Positions 9,362-18,809 of a DNA stretch of 64,000 nt are shown here, one piece after another. Numbering within the stretch: position 1 is the stretch's first letter; each line of letters starts with the position of its first letter. A program made the translations under genes and the position numbers. Below the pieces are notes generated by a model. The model worked only from the letters and a program-made list of their open reading frames with translations, was not told the origin of the DNA and did not search any database. Source of the DNA: Candidatus Krumholzibacteriales bacterium (GTDB taxonomy: Bacteria > Krumholzibacteriota > Krumholzibacteriia > Krumholzibacteriales > WJIX01); assembly GCA_046483305.1 (NCBI GenBank), contig JAWODM010000072.1, forward strand, positions 23,104 through 87,103, read 5' to 3'.

Positions 9362-11458
9362 TTAACCTCTCCCCTTCTCTGCCCCGCCCGAACAGGACAA
9401 TTCATAATTAGACCTGCAGAAGAGCACCACCTTCGACCCGGTGGTCACAATGCTTCCCGGTCCGGGTTTCTGCCTCTTCACCGTTCCATACCCCTTGATC
9501 TCCATCCTCATACCTCTCTTGATCAGTTCCCTCCTCGCTTCCCTGATGGTGAGTCCCGTAAAATCCGGCAGTTCTATCCTGGTTCCGTCAGCCGGTTCCT
9601 TCCTGAGGAGAACATCGATTACCGCTCCCCTCGGCACCAGGGTTCCCGGGTCGGGATTCTGTGAATAAACCGAGCCATCCGAGCCGCAGCCGTTGACTAT
9701 TATTCCCGCCCGCGCTCCCCGGCGGCATGCCTGAGAAAGATCCATTCTCAGGAGAACAGGAACCTTAACCATATCCTTATCCCGGTTCTCAGGTGGAACA
9801 ACCATGGAGGCCATCCCCGACATCATGTCAGAAGCGAGGCATATCCCCTCTATAACATTCCTGAAGACGGGGGCGGCCGAAACCCCGCCGTAATACATCT
9901 GCCCTTCCGGTTCATCAAGAAGAACCAGGCATACCACCCTGGGCCGTTCCGCCGGAGCAAAACCAACAAAGCTGGAAACGTATTTGCCGTCAGCGTAACC
10001 ACTATTTCCCGCTTTCTGAGCTGTGCCGGTTTTTCCCGCCACTGAAATGAAATTGGTGGAAGCCCTCCTGCCGGTTCCTTTGACCACCACCTCTCTGCAT
10101 AACTTCTTAATCTCATCGCAAACCTCGGGCGAAAGGACTCTCCTGGTCTTTACCGGTTCGATATCCTTAATATTTTCCCCTTCCCTCTCCAACCGTGCCG
10201 CCACCCTTGGCACAAAAAGCTCTCCACCGTTGGCAACCGCGGCATAAGCGCAGAGCATCTGCAGGGGGGTCACCCCGATTTCCTGTCCGATGGCGATACT
10301 GGGAAGAGACCTTTCGGTCCAGTGGCGTGGCTCCCGCAGAATCCCCCCGGTTTCCACCGGGAGGTTTACACCGGTCCGGGATCCGAACCCGCAGCGGAGG
10401 ACAAACCTGTAGAAGTCATCGCAGTTCCCCATGCATATGGCTTTTATAGTGCATATATTGCTGGAATATACGAATGATTCCCCTACGTTAAGGCTCTCGT
10501 GGGGATGATCGTCCCTGAACAGTCCGAAGTCAAATAGCTTCTCGCCGTTTTCGCCGTCAAATTCATGATTAATATCCACCAGGTCCTTTTCCAGTATGTA
10601 AGAATACGTTATCAGCTTGAATGTAGAACCGGGTTCATAGAAACAGCTCGAGGAATACAGGATGTGGTTTTTCCTGCCCGGGAAATGCTCCGCCAGGGCC
10701 AGAATGTCTCCGTTGCGCGGGTCGGCTACTATTATGACCCCTCCGGCGGCGCTGTAATCTTTTACCGCCCTCCGGATTTCAAAATCCGCGACCCTCTGCA
10801 CATCGGAATCCAGGGTGAGGTAAAGGTCGCTGCCGTCACGGGCATTCTTGCGGGGAGCGCCAATCAGTTTGACCGGCCTGTTAAGGGCGTCCCGGCTGGT
10901 CACCAGCCACCCGTCCTCGCCCCTGAGATAGTCGTCAAAAGTCATTTCAACCCCCCCCACACCTTCCCCCCTGCCGTTAACCATACCTATGAAACTCCTG
11001 TCCACTGAATCGAAAGGAATGATTCTTTCCTGGACCGGATCTAATCTTACTCCCGGCAGGGAAGAGAGCTCTGCCAGGACTTCATCGTCAAGATTCAGCC
11101 TCTTTCTGATAAGTATATACTCCCTGTCCGTCTGCCTGAGGTACCTCTTAATCCTGGAAAGGGGGAGGCCTGATATTTCACTGAGGTATCCGGCGGCGGG
11201 CGCGGGAAAATCAGCGGGTGTAATTCCGACATCGTACATCTGGCAGGTCACCGCCAGCGGATTTCCGTGCCTGTCCAGAATCTGGCCCCGCTTTGCCCGG
11301 AGGACCTTTTTCTCGAACCACTGTTCATTGGCCTTTTTCTCATAAATATCATGATCAATAATCTGGACAAAGACCAGTCTTATAATAATCGTAAATCCCG
11401 CCAGCACTATACCGGCAAGGATCAGAATAAATCTGAATCTGGGAAATCTTCTTTTCAT
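9362..11458 (-). CDS. ftsI: Class B penicillin-binding protein (PBP3) with two C-terminal PASTA domains
   Basis: N-terminal TM, RGQILDR, EPGSTFK (SxxK), SSN and KTGTAQK motifs; PASTA-like repeats VPVLL...SQNPDPG and LPDFTGLT...QKPGPG. Confidence 0.95.
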   Translation of the reverse strand: MKRRFPRFRFILILAGIVLAGFTIIIRLVFVQIIDHDIYEKKANEQWFEKKVLRAKRGQILDRHGNPLAVTCQMYDVGITPADFPAPAAGYLSEISGLPLSRIKRYLRQTDREYILIRKRLNLDDEVLAELSSLPGVRLDPVQERIIPFDSVDRSFIGMVNGRGEGVGGVEMTFDDYLRGEDGWLVTSRDALNRPVKLIGAPRKNARDGSDLYLTLDSDVQRVADFEIRRAVKDYSAAGGVIIVADPRNGDILALAEHFPGRKNHILYSSSCFYEPGSTFKLITYSYILEKDLVDINHEFDGENGEKLFDFGLFRDDHPHESLNVGESFVYSSNICTIKAICMGNCDDFYRFVLRCGFGSRTGVNLPVETGGILREPRHWTERSLPSIAIGQEIGVTPLQMLCAYAAVANGGELFVPRVAARLEREGENIKDIEPVKTRRVLSPEVCDEIKKLCREVVVKGTGRRASTNFISVAGKTGTAQKAGNSGYADGKYVSSFVGFAPAERPRVVCLVLLDEPEGQMYYGGVSAAPVFRNVIEGICLASDMMSGMASMVVPPENRDKDMVKVPVLLRMDLSQACRRGARAGIIVNGCGSDGSVYSQNPDPGTLVPRGAVIDVLLRKEPADGTRIELPDFTGLTIREARRELIKRGMRMEIKGYGTVKRQKPGPGSIVTTGSKVVLFCRSNYELSCSGGAEKGRG

Positions 11459-11862
11459 TCTCTACCTGCACTGCTGTTCGAGACAAACTGGCTCCCGGCA
11501 AGATTATTTTCAGCTCTTCTGTCTCTGAACAGCCTCTGGTTCCTTTCCTGAGTCAAATCAGCTATACTGTGAGACGAACCTCTCTTCATACCCAGTTTCA
11601 GGGCCCTGGGTATAATCCTCTCCGGTTTTATCAACCGGTTATATTCAACGGTAAGCTTTATATTCTCCTTCCGCAGGGATCTCATCTCCCTGGTGCAGCT
11701 GTTTATCCTCTCCGAGAGTGAGCTGCAGTATACCTGCATATAGATGTAGAGGAGGCTCAGACTGGCTATAAAACCCAGAAGGACCAGAAAATTGAACGGG
11801 GTTATCTTACCGGTCAGAATTCTCTGTACTATTCCTGATATGCTGATTTTATTCGCCTTCAT
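11455..11862 (-). CDS. ftsL: Cell division protein FtsL-like
   Basis: Between rsmH and ftsI; single TM then a coiled coil and IKPERI...A..LGM. Start moved to ATG 11862 (MKANK). Confidence 0.75.
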   Translation of the reverse strand: MKANKISISGIVQRILTGKITPFNFLVLLGFIASLSLLYIYMQVYCSSLSERINSCTREMRSLRKENIKLTVEYNRLIKPERIIPRALKLGMKRGSSHSIADLTQERNQRLFRDRRAENNLAGSQFVSNSSAGRE

Positions 11863-12778
11863 TACGAATCCTCTCTGCTGCGCGCAATCTGGCGCTCCTT
11901 GCCCTTGAATTTGCTTCAATCTCCTCTTCGGCGGGAGTCACCGGCCTGCCGGTGATAATCCTGAGTTCCGGTTTTTTCCCGCAGCTGCACACCGGGAAAT
12001 CGGGAGGGCATATACAGCCCTTTTCCTTCTCCCTGAAAAAACGCTTTACCAGCCGGTCTTCCAGGGAATGATAAGAGATTATCACTATCCTTCCTCCCGA
12101 TTTCAGATATCTGAGGGAGCTCCGGAGAAAATCGTCAAGAGAACCTATTTCGTCATTCGCCCAGATTCTCAGAGCCTGAAAGACCCTGGAGAGAGTGCCG
12201 TATAATCTGTGGGGAGGCACCACCCCCGCCACAATATCCCTGAGCTGAAAAGTTTTCTCTATCTTCTGCCTTTCTCTGGCTTCAATGATACTCCTTGCTA
12301 TCCGGCCCGGTGTCCTGACCTCCCCGAACTCCTTCAGAACCTCTTTTATCATGCGGGAGTCAGCCGACGTGATGAATTTAATCACTGACCGGCTTCCGCT
12401 TCCCATTGCCATATCGATAGGGCCGTCCTTCATGTAACTGAAACCTCTTTTCTCATCGAAAAGCTGAAAAGATGATATGCCCAGATCCAGAAGAAATCCG
12501 TCGCATCTGCGCTCTCCGAGGTACTTTCCCGGATCCCTGAAATTTCCCAGGACAAATTCCACTCTGGGCGCGAAACTCTTAAGCCTTTCTCTGGCCAGGT
12601 CGAGCGCCGCTTCGTCCCTGTCTACCCCGATCAGTGTCGCCTTCCTGTTCTCACCCAGTAACCCCAGAGCGTGCCCGCCGGTTCCGAGGGTGCAGTCTAC
12701 ATACAACCCTTCCGGTTCCGTTACCAGGTAATCCAGGACTTCCCTTTTCATAACCGGCTCGTGAAGCAAGTCAATCAA
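11849..12778 (-). CDS. rsmH: 16S rRNA m4C1402 methyltransferase RsmH (MraW)
   Basis: HEPVM, DCTLGTGGH, DLGISSFQ, FQALRI, SYHSLEDRLVK and RARSARLR motifs; TTG start at 12778 or 12769. Confidence 0.97.
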   Translation of the reverse strand: MIDLLHEPVMKREVLDYLVTEPEGLYVDCTLGTGGHALGLLGENRKATLIGVDRDEAALDLARERLKSFAPRVEFVLGNFRDPGKYLGERRCDGFLLDLGISSFQLFDEKRGFSYMKDGPIDMAMGSGSRSVIKFITSADSRMIKEVLKEFGEVRTPGRIARSIIEARERQKIEKTFQLRDIVAGVVPPHRLYGTLSRVFQALRIWANDEIGSLDDFLRSSLRYLKSGGRIVIISYHSLEDRLVKRFFREKEKGCICPPDFPVCSCGKKPELRIITGRPVTPAEEEIEANSRARSARLRAAERIRNEGE

Positions 12779-12859
12779 TCCTCGGGTTCCAGGCTGGCAA
12801 TAAAATCCGAAGGAGGGGCTGAGGCCCGCGGGCAGTTCTGTCAGCGTTCCTTCTCCCGA

Positions 12860-13294
12860 TTAATATTCCCAATCCAGTTCATCGAATTCGTCTACTATCT
12901 TTTCGCTCAGGCTGGCGTATTCCCTGGCAGACCAGATCTCCAGATAGTTCAGCATGCCGATAACATATACCTCCCTTGAATCGCCTATCCTTTCCAGGAA
13001 ATTCCGGGGGATTGCTATGCGGCCGGTTTTATCCATCTCCACCTGGCGGGACATCCCGCTGTAGAACCTTACGATTTTCCTTCTCCTGATTCCCCGGGGA
13101 AGATCGTGAAGCCTTCCCTCAACATCATTCTTCCAGCCTTCTATGGGATACAGATTCAGGCAGTTCTCACCGCCAAGGCTGATCATGAACTTATCCGCAT
13201 TATCACCGGCGATTAATCTTCGAAATCCAGATGGGATCAGCAGCCTTGATTTCGAATCTATCTTGCATTTATATTCACCTATGAAAGTCGGCAT
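12860..13294 (-). CDS. mraZ: Division/cell wall cluster transcriptional repressor MraZ
   Basis: FIGEY...IDSKSRLLIP and MDKTGRIAIP (paired SpoVT/AbrB motifs), LEIWS. Start moved to ATG 13294. Confidence 0.95.
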   Translation of the reverse strand: MPTFIGEYKCKIDSKSRLLIPSGFRRLIAGDNADKFMISLGGENCLNLYPIEGWKNDVEGRLHDLPRGIRRRKIVRFYSGMSRQVEMDKTGRIAIPRNFLERIGDSREVYVIGMLNYLEIWSAREYASLSEKIVDEFDELDWEY

Positions 13295-13350
13295 ACCGGC
13301 TCCGGAGTCTGCTGAAGATACTATATTCTGCAATCGAGGTCTCACATCAG

Positions 13351-13406
13351 CACCACACTGCTTCCCACTTTCTCCCACTTTATCCCACATAATCCCACAT
13401 TGTCAA
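13351..13406 (-). promoter_or_regulatory. dcw promoter (TTGACA-18-TAAAGT) overlaid by 10-bp-periodic GTGGGA MraZ boxes
   Basis: Minus strand reads TTGACA ATGTGGGATT ATGTGGGATA AAGTGGGAGA AAGTGGGAAG CAGTGTGGTG: four exact GTGGGA at 10-bp spacing plus one degenerate copy. Confidence 0.85.
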
Positions 13407-13562
13407 GGAAAAAAGGGAAAAAAGATAAAAGTTTACCACCGCATAAGGTGTTTATATATAATGACTTACAAGACAGCAATATACAATGTTCAAAAAGTTG
13501 AATTTTTTCTTGATAATTTAAGAGGTATCGCTTTGAAATCTGAACGGATTCACCGCTGACCT

Positions 13563-15044
13563 TTAATCGACCGGCCTCAATAGATAGAGGGTATAGACAA
13601 CCGGTTTCTGCCTTCTTATGCCGAGGTTGGGTACCGTATCCGAGGTCACCGGTACATACTCCATCCCCCCGGCGATATTCCCTTTCAGCCGTTCCGCCCG
13701 GAAATCCCGGTCGATCAGGTAATCACATTTCTCCCGAAGGAAATACCCATCCCTTATTATTTTATCCACAGAAAGGCTGTCTCTCATTCTGTTTATCCAT
13801 GGAGTAACCAGTCCGCCCAGGTCAAGCACTTCTCTCTCCGAGTAGAAACCGACAGCCCCTATATCGGGAGTTGCCACTACCGACTCTTCCGGAGTGTTAA
13901 CCTCGAGCCACTTACCCATCGGTACCAGAACTTCCCTTACCCCCCTGGAAAAGGCCACGGTGGGTGGGACCACCACTATGAAGTAGAAGGCCAGGTTCTG
14001 AATCATCGCGGCGGCAACCAGAATTCTGAAAACCAGGCCCCTGCTGCGGGCCATACCTGCCAGAAGTTCTTCCAGAGCAAGTACACCCAGGACTATTACC
14101 GCCGGGGAGACCGGAAGCAGATAACGGGAAAGTATATTGAAATCGAATATTACATATACAACCGGGAGTGATAATGCCCAGGAAGCGGGAAGAAACAGAG
14201 GGTGGGAGAACCTGTTCTTTTCTCTGAGCCTCCCTCCCTTAAGCAGCAGCCATAACAGGGAGAAAACCACCGGAAGAAGCAGAGTAGCCCCTATTATTTT
14301 AACCGGCAGCACCATCCTTCTGAGCGCATGAATACTGAGGAAGGACCACCCCTGTTTGGCGCCGGCGGTAAGAGGAAAAAAGGTGCCGGTATGCGACTTT
14401 GCTATCAGCAGCCATCCCCCGTAAAGCAAGGCAAATGCCGCCAGCCATGCAATTCTCAGAATCAGCTTCTCTCTTTTTATCAGAATGAAATATATAATTG
14501 ATATCGGGACCATCAGGAGAATTTCAGGCCTGGCCAGCGAAGCGGCGGCAAGCGTTATCCCGAAAATAACCGACCTCAGGACAGACTTCATGCTTCCCAG
14601 CGACAGAAACAGAAGCGCCATAACCATGAATACCGCGAATGAACTTTCCATTCCCACCGAGCTCCACCTCAGCAGCCACCCCTCCACCGAAAGGAGCAGA
14701 GCCGCCGCGCCGGCTGCTTCCCTCTTCCCGCCGATCCTGAGAACATAAAAGTAAACCAGGATAATCGACGCCGCCGCGAAGAGGTGTCCCAGGAAGTGAG
14801 AAACCGGTTCCAACGGCAGCCCGGCCTTGAAGAATAAAGCCAGCAGAAACACCCAAAGCGGGCTGGTTGCGCCGTAACTGGGGACGGAGCTGTTGAAGGC
14901 AAGCTGGCAATCTTCGGCCAGGTTGCGGGCATACTGGTAATGAATATAGGTATCATCGATTACCGAGCCCATCAGAGGTATGGTGAGCAGCAGGTAGAGA
15001 AGAACCGGCACAGCCGGGATAATCATATCTTTTCTATTCATCAA
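13563..15044 (-). CDS. Multi-pass membrane protein, probable GT-C (polyprenyl-P-sugar-dependent) glycosyltransferase
   Basis: Acidic pair after TM1 (IDDTYIHYQYARNL...GATSPLW), RPE motif, roughly 11 hydrophobic segments, soluble tail DIGAVGFYS...LDLGGL. Confidence 0.65.
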   Translation of the reverse strand: MMNRKDMIIPAVPVLLYLLLTIPLMGSVIDDTYIHYQYARNLAEDCQLAFNSSVPSYGATSPLWVFLLALFFKAGLPLEPVSHFLGHLFAAASIILVYFYVLRIGGKREAAGAAALLLSVEGWLLRWSSVGMESSFAVFMVMALLFLSLGSMKSVLRSVIFGITLAAASLARPEILLMVPISIIYFILIKREKLILRIAWLAAFALLYGGWLLIAKSHTGTFFPLTAGAKQGWSFLSIHALRRMVLPVKIIGATLLLPVVFSLLWLLLKGGRLREKNRFSHPLFLPASWALSLPVVYVIFDFNILSRYLLPVSPAVIVLGVLALEELLAGMARSRGLVFRILVAAAMIQNLAFYFIVVVPPTVAFSRGVREVLVPMGKWLEVNTPEESVVATPDIGAVGFYSEREVLDLGGLVTPWINRMRDSLSVDKIIRDGYFLREKCDYLIDRDFRAERLKGNIAGGMEYVPVTSDTVPNLGIRRQKPVVYTLYLLRPVD

Positions 15045-16327
15045 TCTCCAATCACCTCGCGGAGAACCCTGTTGAACTCTTCCGCCTCGGCCTTCCTTGA
15101 AAACCGGGGAACCTCTTCCAGGGAATAACTATCCTCCAGTTTCCCCTCCAGGTAAAGGTTGTATAACTTCTCTATCTTCTCGGATATATCCTGTGGATCT
15201 GAAACAGAGGCTGTCTCTCCCCTGTTCAGCATGCGGACGATCTCGCCGGCTTCACCCTCCGGGACCACGGCCAGGACCGGCCGCCTCGCTCCTATATACT
15301 CATAGAGCTTGCCGGGAATCAATCCCCGGTACCGCAAATCGTCATGCTTGATAAGAAGCAGGACGTGGCTTTTTTTCTCCTGCCTGACGCATTCGCTGTG
15401 CGGAAGATGGCCTTTAAAATCGACCACTTCTTCCAGGCCCAGTCTATCCACCCACTCCCGGTTGTTCGACTCCCAGGCCCCGGCGAAGATCACATGCAGC
15501 GATTCGGGACCGGCCCCGGTCCGCTTCATGAAAAGCGACAGCCCCTCCAGGAAGTTCCTGGATTTTCTTCCCAGGGTAAGCATCCCGGTATGCAGAAAGG
15601 TGAACCTGTCCGGATCAGGTTTCAAACCTTCCAGCCTCTCAAACTTCTCGCTGTCATATCCATTCGGTATTTTCTCGACCCGGGCAGACGGGTAAAGCCG
15701 CAGCAGTTTCTCCCTCTGCCAGTCGGTGGTTACCACGACCAGGTCCGCTTCAGCGGCGCGCCTCTCCATATTGCGGTGCAGATAACGGTGAAGCGGGGTC
15801 ACCGGATCCCGGAGGTACAGCCCTATCCAGGGATCCCTGAAATCTACCACCCATGGAATTCCAAACCGCCCCGACAGTCTCCCGGCAGCCAGATGAGTGC
15901 TGTCCGGAGGACTGGTCGAATATACCAGATCGAACCTCTCTTCAGAACATAATTCTGCAGCCGCCCTTGTTGCGAAGGGAACCCAGCCCACATAGGTATC
16001 CGGGAGCAGTATTAATTCTCCGAGTTTCCTCAATATCTCAAACCTTCCGGAAGACCTGGCCGCCTTATTCCCGCTGCCGCGGCTGAATCTGTTCAACAGC
16101 CGGGAGGCGGAAAGCGAACCTGTCCTGACCACCCTCACTTCCGGCGGAATCTCCCACTCCAGGCTGGGATCGCTGATCCAGAATTCACCGGCCCTGGGTG
16201 TAATCACAGTCACTTCCCAGGACAAACCAGGCAGATATTTCACGAATGACAGGGGCCTGTATACCCCTCCCCCCGCAGCGGGCGGGAAGAAATTTATCAG
16301 CATCAATATTTTCTTCTTTCTCATCAT
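15041..16327 (-). CDS. Glycosyltransferase family 4
   Basis: FFPPAAGGGVYR, STSPP, DFRDPW, IPNGYD and PGKLYEY motifs. Start ATG 16327 overlaps the upstream TGA. Confidence 0.9.
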   Translation of the reverse strand: MMRKKKILMLINFFPPAAGGGVYRPLSFVKYLPGLSWEVTVITPRAGEFWISDPSLEWEIPPEVRVVRTGSLSASRLLNRFSRGSGNKAARSSGRFEILRKLGELILLPDTYVGWVPFATRAAAELCSEERFDLVYSTSPPDSTHLAAGRLSGRFGIPWVVDFRDPWIGLYLRDPVTPLHRYLHRNMERRAAEADLVVVTTDWQREKLLRLYPSARVEKIPNGYDSEKFERLEGLKPDPDRFTFLHTGMLTLGRKSRNFLEGLSLFMKRTGAGPESLHVIFAGAWESNNREWVDRLGLEEVVDFKGHLPHSECVRQEKKSHVLLLIKHDDLRYRGLIPGKLYEYIGARRPVLAVVPEGEAGEIVRMLNRGETASVSDPQDISEKIEKLYNLYLEGKLEDSYSLEEVPRFSRKAEAEEFNRVLREVIGD

Positions 16328-17877
16328 TCCCCTGCTTTCAGAAACCATCCGAAAACTCTTCTGCCCGTTTGAAATCTGATCATCGAGAGTATCGTCCTCT
16401 TATCGGTACCGCTGAAGAAGCCGGCCCGCGAGAATATCAACCTGGCTATGAAGGGGAAGACGGCCAGCCAGAGAACCGCCCCCGGAATTCCTGCGTATTC
16501 GGCCAGGATAAACCCCGGCAGGGTCGCCGCCGCTATCAATCCTGTCACGGGCGCCAGCCCCCTGCCAACGCCCCCGTAGAAGCCCTTTCTCCTGGCTATG
16601 GACACGGCGGCCGCCGTCTGGGCGGAAGCGGCCAGCAGCTGAGCTATCGCCATCCCTTTTACTCCCCACAGCGTAATAAAAACAGGAAATCCCCCGAAAT
16701 AACAAACCATCCACAGAAAATCGCATAGGAGCGCATACTTTACGAAGTGCAGCGCCTTCATGGTAACCAGGAGCGGAGCGATGAAAGCCGCCACCGGAAC
16801 CGCGGGAAGCAGTATCAACAGGACCGGATAGGCTGAAGCGTAATCGCTTCCCGAGATCATCATTATCACCTGCCTGCCCGCCACCGCCGCCGCCGCCGCC
16901 ATCAGGAGCGAAATTACCAGGCTGACCTTGGTGAACAACCTTATCTGGCCCTTGAGCTCATTCCACCTTCCTTCTTCATAAACCCTGGTAACTTCCGGCT
17001 GAAGAGCTATTATGGGAAAGGCCAGAAATCTTTTTATCAGCTTATTAATCCTCTCCGCGACATGAAAAACAGAGACCAGGCCGACCGGTACCATGGAAGT
17101 CATAAGAAAACGGTCCACATCCTGAAACGCAAGCGCCACCATGCTGAGGATAAGGCTGATCCCCCAGTAAGAGGGCAGCGAAGGAAGAATGATATCATCC
17201 CTGTCGATCTCTTCGGAACCTATCAGTCTTCTGGCCATGACGAAGTATATCGGATAACCGGCCGCGCATATCAGAAGATTCGCCGCCGCCAGCGCCCTGA
17301 AGAGAACCGCGATGCCCAGATCATCTCTGACTATGAAAATATATCCGGTGAACAGGGCCAGATATGTCAGTTCCAGCATCATCTGCGCGCCCATTGTCCT
17401 GAGTCCCTTGAAACCACCGTAAAGCAGGAGCTTGAGGGCCAGTGACACCGCGGCCACAGTCACCAGCGTTATAAGATCGTCAGTGATAATACCCTCGCTC
17501 ATACTTGATGGTATCCAGTCCACCCAGATACCTGAGCCGGCATAAAGAACCGCCCCGAATAACAGAATAATCAGGGTAGAAAAAAAGAGCAGCAGGATTG
17601 CCTTTCTCCGGTTTCCCCTTTCCTGGTAAGAGGGCAGGTACCTCATCAGAACCTGGGGCAAACCGATCAGATTCACCGTCGCCAGCAGGACCAGAAATCC
17701 TCTCAGAGCTATAAATGTCCCGAATATATCCGCTTCCAGATATCTGCTGAGGATACCCAGCTGTATCAGAGTAAAGACAATACTGAACCCGCCGCAGATC
17801 ACCAGAGAAAGAGTATTCCTCACCAGCCTTGACTTCCCCCGGTTGCCCGCTATACTTTCCTGATCCACTTCCACCAC
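16324..17877 (-). CDS. Wzx-type (MOP superfamily) oligosaccharide flippase
   Basis: About 14 hydrophobic segments; LSRYL...FG, GLPQVLMRYLP and DRFLM patterns typical of the Polysacc_synt family. Confidence 0.8.
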   Translation of the reverse strand: MVEVDQESIAGNRGKSRLVRNTLSLVICGGFSIVFTLIQLGILSRYLEADIFGTFIALRGFLVLLATVNLIGLPQVLMRYLPSYQERGNRRKAILLLFFSTLIILLFGAVLYAGSGIWVDWIPSSMSEGIITDDLITLVTVAAVSLALKLLLYGGFKGLRTMGAQMMLELTYLALFTGYIFIVRDDLGIAVLFRALAAANLLICAAGYPIYFVMARRLIGSEEIDRDDIILPSLPSYWGISLILSMVALAFQDVDRFLMTSMVPVGLVSVFHVAERINKLIKRFLAFPIIALQPEVTRVYEEGRWNELKGQIRLFTKVSLVISLLMAAAAAVAGRQVIMMISGSDYASAYPVLLILLPAVPVAAFIAPLLVTMKALHFVKYALLCDFLWMVCYFGGFPVFITLWGVKGMAIAQLLAASAQTAAAVSIARRKGFYGGVGRGLAPVTGLIAAATLPGFILAEYAGIPGAVLWLAVFPFIARLIFSRAGFFSGTDKRTILSMIRFQTGRRVFGWFLKAGE

Positions 17878-18803
17878 CTCTTCTCTGAAGTCACTATCAG
17901 GTAATCTGAACGCTTCCCGCCCAGGGATTCCTTGAAGAATATCAGCCCTCTGTCACCCCCGCTGCTTCCCAGGTTGAAGTACCTCATCCCCTTTTCATAA
18001 GCCTTCCTGACGGAATTGTATATCAGAAGAGTCGGGGCTCCCAGTTCATTTCCTTCGCCGGACACTCCTGAAATCCAGGCTTGAGCCATATTGCCGCCAT
18101 AAAAATCGATATGACACCCAAGCAGCCTTCCATCAAGAAACGCCCCGGAAAAACCGAGGTCTGTTCCTGAATGTTCAAACAGATTCCGAAAGAATTTCAG
18201 AGGAAAGGGATGGACTCCCCCCCATCCTGAAGACCTCTCCCGGTATATCCTGTAGAAATCGTTCAGCTCGCGCTCAGTACTGAGCGCCCTTACTGTGACG
18301 CCGGCCCTCCTGCTTCTCCTGCATACCTTTCTTTTGGTGCTGCTCATGCTGCGGGTTCTGTAATAATCAAAATCCTCCCTGAGTTCAATTATACGGCTCT
18401 CCGCCGGCTCCGCCGGAATATCCGGCGGTATCCAATCACTCCAGTCAGGATCGAAGATCACAGCGCTCGCGTTCAGACAGTTCATGCGGGCTGAAAGCTC
18501 AAGGAATTTTCTTATCATCAGCGACCTGACCTCCGGGCGGTGCGCCAGCGGGTTTCCATAAGTGGCGAACGGGAGGGAACGGAGGTAGAAAAAGATATTC
18601 TTTCTGACTTTTATCGCCGGCATGGCTCCTTCCAGGCGGCTGTCATGGCGTGCGGTGATCCAGAAAGAGGAAAAACTGCGGAAGGAAGAAGATAATAACC
18701 CGACCCAGTCTGCGGAGCTGAAGAAGGAGCTGAACCTGAAACCGCGAACCAGATCCGCAAGCTCATCCTTATTAATATTCTCTTCTATCTCTAATCTGAC
18801 CAA
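17850..18803 (-). CDS. FemAB-like GNAT (Acetyltransf_6) acyl/aminoacyl transferase
   Basis: SLPFATYG, RKVCRRSRRAGVTV, FNLGSS and GLIFFKESLGG motifs; TTG start. Confidence 0.8.
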   Translation of the reverse strand: MVRLEIEENINKDELADLVRGFRFSSFFSSADWVGLLSSSFRSFSSFWITARHDSRLEGAMPAIKVRKNIFFYLRSLPFATYGNPLAHRPEVRSLMIRKFLELSARMNCLNASAVIFDPDWSDWIPPDIPAEPAESRIIELREDFDYYRTRSMSSTKRKVCRRSRRAGVTVRALSTERELNDFYRIYRERSSGWGGVHPFPLKFFRNLFEHSGTDLGFSGAFLDGRLLGCHIDFYGGNMAQAWISGVSGEGNELGAPTLLIYNSVRKAYEKGMRYFNLGSSGGDRGLIFFKESLGGKRSDYLIVTSEKRWWKWIRKV

Positions 18804-18809
18804 TAGTAC

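Noticed and set aside
13295..13390. N-terminal extension of MraZ in the ORF track (similar over-extensions for mraY, ftsL, ribH, ribE and the PPIase)
   Set aside because: The extensions run through promoter repeats or upstream genes. Conserved N-termini and SD sequences point to the downstream starts.
13351..13400. Short direct repeats considered as a CRISPR array or iterons
   Set aside because: The period is 10 bp with no unique spacers and no cas or rep genes nearby. MraZ boxes explain them.
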